Origin: Smithellaceae bacterium
GTDB lineage: Bacteria > Desulfobacterota > Syntrophia > Syntrophales > Smithellaceae
Direction: 5' to 3'
NCBI GenBank assembly: GCA_963667845.2
Contig: CAXXVL010000001.1
Span: 32,001-96,000 of the forward strand
Length of the DNA stretch: 64,000 nucleotides
Shown: piece by piece, positions 57,433-64,000 of the stretch
Position numbering within the stretch: position 1 is the first letter of the stretch
Layout of the letters: each line of letters starts with the position of its first letter
The notes under the pieces: model-generated
What the model was told of the DNA's origin: nothing
Databases searched by the model: none
What the model saw: only the letters and a program-made list of their open reading frames with translations
Translations under genes and position numbers: made by a program

Positions 57433-57678
57433 ATGGACGTGGACGTTCGAAACATGAAAGGCAATCCGGGAATCTGGGAAAAATTGTCGTGGTCGGATCT
57501 GAGTATTAAAGAAAAAGAACTCTGGATGCTCTTAGGCTGGCAGCAGCGCACATGGGATAGGAACGAAGCGCCCGCAAGCACCAATAAGGTTTGGAAGGAC
57601 TTGAACTTTCAGGAACAAAACGCCGCGGTGAATCTCGGATTTACCGAGGATATCTGGAATAATTTCGAGGATGAGTAA
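57433..57678 (+). CDS. Small Trp-rich two-repeat hypothetical protein
   Basis: GGAGG RBS; repeat W.DL...E......LG(W/F)....W occurs twice. Confidence 0.7.
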   Translation: MDVDVRNMKGNPGIWEKLSWSDLSIKEKELWMLLGWQQRTWDRNEAPASTNKVWKDLNFQEQNAAVNLGFTEDIWNNFEDE

Positions 57679-57856
57679 TGGTGTCAGGTGATTTGCCAAG
57701 CCGGTCATTCTCCTGCCGGACCAATCATGGATTGATCCGCACATTTTGTTCTTGAATCAACGTTAAAACATTTCGGTTCGATCTGCAGGATTGAACCAGC
57801 TGAGCATTATGACAACAAGCCTGGCGTTCATTACATAGGCAAAGGGGGAAGCAGAA

Positions 57857-58822
57857 ATGCGTTTCAGTCATTTCACGGCGGGTGCTCTTATCGTGATGCT
57901 GCATCTGGTTGTTCCGCTTGTTTTGATCTTGTGGACCGCGATGAGAAGCTATGCCAGCATAACGGCGTGGATTGTCCAAATACTGATCCTCTTTTTTTAT
58001 ATCGCCTTCATTTATCTTTTAGGCGCGTGGGTTTACGCCAGCTTCTATTTGCGCTATCTGATCATCGTCCTGGCTGTCATCGCCGCCGTGTGGTCCTTCA
58101 TGAACGTAAGAAGTCTGCCACTTTTCGTAACACCCCGGTTCTCAGGATGGGCGGCCTACGGCGCGGGGGTGATCGTCATGGTAGTGTTGGCTTTCTTCAT
58201 CGCGGGTTCTATCCGGGCCCACTATTATGATGAAGCAGCCGTCCATCTGGCCTTTCCCTTCAAGAACGGCACGTATGCGGTCTTTGAAGGCGGCAAAGGC
58301 AAGGCGAGTTCCCTCATGAATTATCATTACGGAGCATCGATTCACCAGGGCGCCCGCACCAATCTTTCCATGAGATACGCGGTGGATATCACGAAGGTCA
58401 CCCCCTGGGGTAACGACGCGGCCGGATTCCTGCCGACAAAAAACGAGAAGTATGCCGTTTTTAATCAAGTGGTCTACAGCCCCTGTGATGGAGAAGTTTC
58501 CGACGTTGAAGACAAATGGCCCAATCAGACGCCCTGGAGCGGCCAAGCTCCCTACAACGTCGGCAACCGCATCCTCATCACGACCAATGACTTCGGCGTC
58601 CTCATGGGGCATCTGCAGAACGGGAGCATCCTGGTGAAGCCGGGCGACCGGGTTGCGAAGGGGCAGCCTCTCGCAAAGTCCGGCAACTCCGGATGGACAA
58701 GCCAGCCGCACCTCCACATCCAGGCGATGAAAAGAGCCGCAGGTTCTTTCTGGAGCTGGGAGGGATTGCCTATTTTCTTCGACCAGAAGAACCCGGTCAA
58801 GAACAGTCTCTTCTTTGAATAA
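57857..58822 (+). CDS. Membrane-anchored M23 family metallopeptidase
   Basis: Four N-terminal TM segments; YAVD, VYSPCDG.V, GN, GHLQ.GS..V..GD.V..GQ, GNSG....PHLH. Confidence 0.9.
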   Translation: MRFSHFTAGALIVMLHLVVPLVLILWTAMRSYASITAWIVQILILFFYIAFIYLLGAWVYASFYLRYLIIVLAVIAAVWSFMNVRSLPLFVTPRFSGWAAYGAGVIVMVVLAFFIAGSIRAHYYDEAAVHLAFPFKNGTYAVFEGGKGKASSLMNYHYGASIHQGARTNLSMRYAVDITKVTPWGNDAAGFLPTKNEKYAVFNQVVYSPCDGEVSDVEDKWPNQTPWSGQAPYNVGNRILITTNDFGVLMGHLQNGSILVKPGDRVAKGQPLAKSGNSGWTSQPHLHIQAMKRAAGSFWSWEGLPIFFDQKNPVKNSLFFE

Positions 58823-59144
58823 TGACCCTTGGGCGGATGCGACCAATCCCGGTCCGGTCAGATGAGTAGCTGACACGTTTCTGAGCGGGGCAGTGAAATG
58901 CCGGGAGAATAATATGAACTTCACGCTTCTAACATGAACCATCAGTCCAGCCGGCCGCTGTGCTCCCGCGTGATTGTTTCGTAAAGCGGCGCGAATATGA
59001 TCCAAAGTACAGTTCGTTCTGTTCTCGCAATTCATGCAATATGGCTTTTTCCTGCTATACGTACCAAGTGGATGTTTGACAGATAAATAAATATTGGTCA
59101 TCATCTATCTGCTTTTCTTGATGATTTAAGAAAAGGAGGCAGAA

Positions 59145-60296
59145 ATGACCCACATAGAGAGTATAGTACAGAAGACAGATTTATCATCTGAAAGCATAAT
59201 CTCACCCGCCGTTAAGACACCTGATTATCATCAAACGAGATTGCGTTTCACATCCCACCATGAGGAAAACATAGAAGCCCTTGGCAAGATTCTGAAGCGT
59301 CTTTCAGGAATGGATTTACCGGGGAAGGAACATGTGGAGAGTTATCTTCGCTACCTGACCAGACGTAACCGCAAACCAAGAACATTGCACAGCCGTTACG
59401 AAGCGATAGTCATTTTTATTGGCACGATCAGGGATAACGGCAGGACACGCCTTGAAGAAATCACAAGAAAAGACTTAGAGGCATTTATCGAGCACGAGCA
59501 GGACAGGGGCAATAAGATTACAACGATAAGAACAAAACTTGTGAGCGTTCAGGCCTTTCTTCGTTACCTCATGGAGGAAGAGATTGTTTCCTCGGATATA
59601 TTCAGCAGGAGGATACGACTGCGATTACCGGAACGGCTGCCTAAAGCCATTGATCCGGAAGATTTGCGGAAGTTTCTTTCCGTCATTAAAGACACGCGAG
59701 ACCGGGCCATGATTCTGATTCTGTTGCGAACGGGAATGCGGATAGGCGAACTGCTGAACACGAAGGTAATGGATGTCCACATTAAGGAACGGAATATCGA
59801 GATTTACGAAGGTGAAAAAAACCGTTTGGGTAGAGTGGTCTACCTCAGCGAGGATGCTGTTTCTGCTTTGCGGAAATGGTTGAAGGAGAGAGACACCTGG
59901 GAGGAGTATCTCTTTTATAGCCCCTCTGGGGGAACGGATACGATGTCCTACAGTGCCGCCTGGATGATCTTTCATAAATATCTAGTAAAGGCAGGATTAA
60001 CTCACAAGGGTTATAGCCTTCATGCTCTCAGGCATACCTTTGCCACAGAGCTTCTCAATGCCGGCATGCGCCTGGAGTGCCTGCAGGTATTGCTGGGACA
60101 CCGGTCCATAGAAGAGACGAGACGATACGCCCAGCTTACCGATAAGACCCGGGAGGAAGAATATTTTAAAGCCATGTCCAAGATAGAGAGGAGGAACAAG
60201 AATGATGATGACCGACACGATCATGAACTGGAGGCGGTTTTTGAAACGGAGAAACTGCTCACCCAATACCGTGAAAAACTATCTGAACATCATTAG
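59145..60296 (+). CDS. Tyrosine recombinase/integrase A
   Basis: TGMRIGE (R), GEKN (K), HALRH, LLGH, TRRY; N-terminal core-binding domain; AGGAGG RBS. Confidence 0.95.
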   Translation: MTHIESIVQKTDLSSESIISPAVKTPDYHQTRLRFTSHHEENIEALGKILKRLSGMDLPGKEHVESYLRYLTRRNRKPRTLHSRYEAIVIFIGTIRDNGRTRLEEITRKDLEAFIEHEQDRGNKITTIRTKLVSVQAFLRYLMEEEIVSSDIFSRRIRLRLPERLPKAIDPEDLRKFLSVIKDTRDRAMILILLRTGMRIGELLNTKVMDVHIKERNIEIYEGEKNRLGRVVYLSEDAVSALRKWLKERDTWEEYLFYSPSGGTDTMSYSAAWMIFHKYLVKAGLTHKGYSLHALRHTFATELLNAGMRLECLQVLLGHRSIEETRRYAQLTDKTREEEYFKAMSKIERRNKNDDDRHDHELEAVFETEKLLTQYREKLSEHH

Positions 60297-61095
60297 GCAC
60301 TTTGTCATCTGGGTGGATGTTCCATTGGAGGAGGCGACACACTTAACGATCTCGCACTACATTGATCACCTGATGAGGAAAAGGCTGGCTCCCAAGACCA
60401 TAAACTGCCATGTAAACTGTATTCGCCAGTTTTACCATTACCTGCGTGATGAAGAAGGATTAACCATTATCAATCCTGTCCGCAGAAGCCACATCCAGAA
60501 GATGTCTCGTCCTCTACCCCGGCATTTAAGGGACGAACAGGTGGAAGACTTTTTTAAAGTTGTAAAAGGTTACCGTGATAAAGCGATGTTCATGCTGATG
60601 CTGCGTTGCGGATTAAGGGTGGAGGAAGTAGCCAACCTTACCATGGGTGTTATAGACGTCAAACGTAGAACTATCTTGGTTGAGGACGGTAAGGGAGGAA
60701 AAGACCGGATCGTCTACATGAGCAATGATGTTCTTCAAGCCCTTTCATGCTACCTGAAAGTAAGGTCGGCAGCCAGGGCAAGAAAAATCTTTCTGTCCGA
60801 AAAGGGAGAATCCAAAGGGCAGCCTATCTCCATTCGCGGCATTCAGAGGCGCATGGAACGTTATGCCCGCAAAGCGAAGATCAAATTATCCTGTCATCAT
60901 CTCCGGCACACAATGGCCACACAGATGTTGAATGCCGATGCTGACCTCTCCACCATCCAGGATCTTTTAGGACACAGTAATGTTAAGACCACGCAACGTT
61001 ACTGTCGTATATCAAATCTTAAAGTACAGCGGGATTACTTTAAAGCTATGGAGGTGATTATGCAACGAACGGTTTGCAGCCAACACAGTCCTTGA
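60202..61095 (+). CDS. Tyrosine recombinase/integrase B
   Basis: CGLRVEE, GKGGKDR, HHLRH, LLGH, TQRY; SPNT..NY N-terminal domain; GGAGG RBS; overlaps the upstream gene by 95 nt. Confidence 0.95.
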   Translation: MMMTDTIMNWRRFLKRRNCSPNTVKNYLNIIRHFVIWVDVPLEEATHLTISHYIDHLMRKRLAPKTINCHVNCIRQFYHYLRDEEGLTIINPVRRSHIQKMSRPLPRHLRDEQVEDFFKVVKGYRDKAMFMLMLRCGLRVEEVANLTMGVIDVKRRTILVEDGKGGKDRIVYMSNDVLQALSCYLKVRSAARARKIFLSEKGESKGQPISIRGIQRRMERYARKAKIKLSCHHLRHTMATQMLNADADLSTIQDLLGHSNVKTTQRYCRISNLKVQRDYFKAMEVIMQRTVCSQHSP

Positions 61096-61357
61096 CGAAA
61101 GAACAAAAATATGAAAACTCATGCAATGTACAACTGATTAACATCAATAAGAAAAGCAGAATTTGGTTCGTATAGCTTCCTGCAATTCCCGTTTCTCTGT
61201 TTTGTCATTTTATGCTACATTACAACCGCAGCTTATTGCAATATGATAAGCATCGTCAGTAGCCGGACGGTGAGGAGAGAAAAAGATCAACCTCTCTTGT
61301 CAGGAGAGGTGATCCACTTCATACCTGATTCCTGAGCAACTGGAGGACCACTTACCC

Positions 61358-62416
61358 ATGACTGGAAAACCTACCTGCAAAGATCTGGAACGGAGAATCA
61401 GATTGCTTGAAGAAGAATCGATCAAAGGCAGGCAGACCCAAGCCGCGCTGCGGGAGAGCGAGGAGCGGTATCGGACTGTCGTCGAGAGTGCCAATGAAGG
61501 CATTCATATCGCGCAGGACGAGCGACTTGTTTATATGAATCCCAAACTGGTCGAGATCACCGGCATTACGTTTGAGGAAGCGAGAGACAAACCACTTAGT
61601 GATTTTATCCATCCGGACGACCGGGCCATGGTGCTGGATCGATATCGGCGGAGATTAGCCGGAGAAAGCATTCCCGGTTCTTATGAATACAGAACATTAG
61701 GCAAGAACGGCCGCGTGATCTGGTTCAATATTTCAACGAAGAAAATTGATTGGAACGGCAGGCCGGCTACGCTCAATCTTTTGACCGATATCACCGCCCG
61801 CAAGCAGGCCCAGGAAGCACTGCAGGAACGTGTCAGAGAATTGAATTGCCTCTATTCTATTGCCGATCTGATTAACAAGACGGATCGTATAGAGGAAATA
61901 TTTCAGAGGACAGTCAATCTGATAACGTGCTGCTGGAATTATCCCGAAATTACCCGTGCACGGATTATGATCGGCGATCAGGAATTCAAAACTGCTGATT
62001 TCAAAGAAACGCCCTGGAAGATGTCCGCTGATCTGGTCGTCCAAAACGAGCCGGTCGGTTGCGTGGAAATATGCTATTTGCAGGAGATGCCCCAAAGCGA
62101 CGAGGGGCCCTTCCTGAAAGAAGAACGCAATTTGCTGAACGCCGTTGCCGAGCGCCTGGGGAGAGTCTCCGAACGTAAAAGGTATGAAAAAGAGCGTGAG
62201 GTGCTTATCGGGGAATTGCAGAAAGCACTTTCGGAAATCAAACAGTTGAGCGGGTTGCTGCCTATTTGTGCCTCCTGCAAAAAAATACGCAATGATAAAG
62301 GTTCCTGGGAACAAATCGAGGTGTACATCGGGGATCGTTCGGATGCTGAATTTACCCATGGTCTTTGTCCCGAATGTACAAAAAAGATTTATCCGGAGTT
62401 TTATAAAAAGAAATAA
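61358..62416 (+). CDS. PAS-domain sensory protein with C-terminal Cys-motif domain
   Basis: PAS/PAC, GAF-like segment (EGPFLKEER.LL), C-term LSGLLPICASCKKIR...FTHGLCPEC typical of deltaproteobacterial signalling proteins. Confidence 0.85.
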   Translation: MTGKPTCKDLERRIRLLEEESIKGRQTQAALRESEERYRTVVESANEGIHIAQDERLVYMNPKLVEITGITFEEARDKPLSDFIHPDDRAMVLDRYRRRLAGESIPGSYEYRTLGKNGRVIWFNISTKKIDWNGRPATLNLLTDITARKQAQEALQERVRELNCLYSIADLINKTDRIEEIFQRTVNLITCCWNYPEITRARIMIGDQEFKTADFKETPWKMSADLVVQNEPVGCVEICYLQEMPQSDEGPFLKEERNLLNAVAERLGRVSERKRYEKEREVLIGELQKALSEIKQLSGLLPICASCKKIRNDKGSWEQIEVYIGDRSDAEFTHGLCPECTKKIYPEFYKKK

Positions 62417-62622
62417 GGGATGGAGTCAATCACGACTGCTTCTTACCGCTTTGCAAAAACCAGACGCCTGAAAAGAAATAAGACGTGAACCGCGTATCAG
62501 GCAACGGGAGAAAATATTACTAACGGATTCCAGCGGCAGGTGTGGGAGCGACAGGCGCCGATCGGCAGCGGGGCGACAGGAACGTACTCGCCAGTTAAGA
62601 TGAAAGGCAGACACGAAAAAAG

Positions 62623-63249
62623 ATGAGAAGAAGACCGGGAAGATTCTTAATTCTAGCGACGTGCCTTTGTGTTTTTGTCCTGTCCGGTTGCCCAGGCGGT
62701 TCTTCCGATCCGGTCGTAAGCACCGGTACCATCCACTTAAACAACATGAGCTCCGCCGCGATTGACCGTTTCTATCTTGTGCCTGTTGCCGATGCTTCAT
62801 TGGGCGCGGATCCGGTCATCGATTTGTTAGATCCGGGAGCGGCCATGCTTTTGCCGAATATCAACCCTGATTCCTATGACGCGAAGATCGGAGTCAATGG
62901 CCGGTACAGTGACTATTTTGCTTATGCGTATGATATTCCCGTCGCAGCGGGGACTACGATCGATCTGAATATTTATGATTCCAGTATTACCGGATCGCTG
63001 GAGATCTGCAATACGAGAGCCGCCGGCAATATCACCGGCGTCTATCTGGCGCCTGCGGACGAATCCGACTGGGGCGAAAACCAGACCTCATCGGCCATCG
63101 GACCGGCGGCCGTGCTTCATTTATATGATTTGGATCCCGGGCCTTATAAGATAAGGGTCGTCTGGGAAGACTTTTCGCAATCCATCTACGATGGGGCGAC
63201 TGGAATCACCATCGACTCATTGACCCTCACGACGCTCAACGTAAATTAA
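62623..63249 (+). CDS. Lipoprotein with two repeated beta domains
   Basis: Lipobox LSGC; internal duplication (G...N....I..(F/V)YL.P.....G......L....P..Y). Confidence 0.75.
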   Translation: MRRRPGRFLILATCLCVFVLSGCPGGSSDPVVSTGTIHLNNMSSAAIDRFYLVPVADASLGADPVIDLLDPGAAMLLPNINPDSYDAKIGVNGRYSDYFAYAYDIPVAAGTTIDLNIYDSSITGSLEICNTRAAGNITGVYLAPADESDWGENQTSSAIGPAAVLHLYDLDPGPYKIRVVWEDFSQSIYDGATGITIDSLTLTTLNVN

Positions 63250-63262
63250 TCGGGGATTTCCT

Positions 63263-64000
63263 ATGAAACAAATGAAATCATTTTTGCACCTGAGTGTCCT
63301 TGCTGCCCTCGCGATCCTGATATCTATGGGGACGTTGTATGGCGCTTCGGTCAGCATGCAGCGAGAAGGGGCAGCTCAAAATCAGCGCCAAAGCGTTCAG
63401 GTAAAAAACGCCGCCGCCGGTCCCGCCGATAATCAGCTTACGTTTACCCCCGATCGGCTCAAAGATAAGAATGACTACGGCATGGAACTGGAATCCGAAA
63501 CGGGCGCCCGCACGGTAACTATCCAGCGCTATAAACTCCTGGCCAAAGGAACGGTCAATATTTTTATTTTGAATACGGGAGATCTTCACGAATCCTCCCA
63601 AAGGCTCACCAGCATTTCCCAGTACGTCAATAATATGAGGAAGCAGCATCCCGGCCGCGTCGTCCTTCTTGATGCGGGAGACATGCTGACCCATTTTAAA
63701 AGAGTCTCACCGGAAAGCGACTGGCAGGGTCAACACGACAAGATGTTCGGCTGGGCGCACTCGATGAAATATGATGCGCTGGTTTTCGGCAATCACGATT
63801 TCGTGCCGGGGGTCAAGACGACGCAGCAATTGATCGGCAAATATAATCTTCCTTTCATCTGCGCCAATCTGGAGCACCCGGATCTGAGTGTTCCCCGATC
63901 CAAAATAATTTCTCTCCCGATCACACTGAGCGACGGCAGCAGCATTACAGTGAAGATCGGGGTGATCGGGCTTTCCGATCAGGATTGGGTTGATTATCAT
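63263..64000 (+). CDS. Secreted metallophosphoesterase / 5'-nucleotidase family protein (3'-truncated)
   Basis: Not in the ORF track (no stop in window). Manual translation gives a signal peptide, ILNTGDLH, LLDAGD, YDALVFGNHDF, PFICANL. Confidence 0.85.
   Translation, partial: MKQMKSFLHLSVLAALAILISMGTLYGASVSMQREGAAQNQRQSVQVKNAAAGPADNQLTFTPDRLKDKNDYGMELESETGARTVTIQRYKLLAKGTVNIFILNTGDLHESSQRLTSISQYVNNMRKQHPGRVVLLDAGDMLTHFKRVSPESDWQGQHDKMFGWAHSMKYDALVFGNHDFVPGVKTTQQLIGKYNLPFICANLEHPDLSVPRSKIISLPITLSDGSSITVKIGVIGLSDQDWVDYH

Larger units (their letters stand above)
59054..61176. mobile_element. Two-tyrosine-recombinase mobile element with terminal inverted repeats
   Basis: Left GCTATACGTACCAA (59054-59067), right TTGGTTCGTATAGC (61163-61176), 13/14 inverted match; internal TCTGCTTTTCTT (59108-59119) / AAGAAAAGCAGA (61149-61160); flanking direct repeats TTCCT (59049-59053, 61177-61181). 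Confidence 0.8.

Noticed and set aside
56978..57720. A third integron cassette carrying the FMN-binding protein
   Set aside because: No attC-like structure was found after 57349 or 57678, so the gene is treated as flanking DNA.
59145..61095. Calling the recombinases xerC/xerD, or the integron integrase for the nearby attC sites
   Set aside because: They are tandem, overlapping and enclosed by their own IRs and DRs. No IntI-type insertion is evident, and they lie over 2 kb downstream of the cassettes in the same orientation.
61260..61357. Riboswitch upstream of the PAS gene
   Set aside because: Only a simple hairpin (GATCAACCTCTC...GAGAGGTGATC) is present, with no recognisable aptamer consensus.
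59145..64000. Prophage or ICE
   Set aside because: No phage structural, replication or conjugation genes and no tRNA target; the flanks are ordinary host genes.

Overview
A 64-kb GC-rich chromosomal window from an anaerobic deltaproteobacterial-type organism. The density of acyl-CoA ligase, crotonase, thiolase and acyl-CoA dehydrogenase genes suggests a Smithella/Syntrophus-like fatty-acid oxidiser (inference). It starts in the ribBA-ribH-nusB operon and carries lipid/acyl-CoA metabolism, transport and PAS signalling genes. Highlights: (1) an intact mercury-methylation pair hgcA-hgcB directly behind a Cys-rich MarR regulator whose promoter is overlapped by a palindromic operator candidate; (2) a compact 2.1-kb element (59054-61176) encoding only two overlapping tyrosine recombinases, bounded by 14-bp terminal inverted repeats and 5-bp flanking direct repeats, with a recombinase-core-like palindrome on the first RBS; (3) a two-cassette integron-like array with attC sites but no intI, next to a dense cluster of REP/MITE-like palindromes; (4) a Na+-decarboxylase beta subunit followed by a 41-aa membrane protein missing from the ORF track and a 1418-aa PPDK-like protein lacking the pyruvate domain; (5) an AT-rich oxidoreductase/radical SAM/GT2 island; (6) an N-formylglutamate amidohydrolase-C39 peptidase fusion. 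No rRNA, tRNA or CRISPR array was seen. All calls come from manual motif recognition; no database searches were run.
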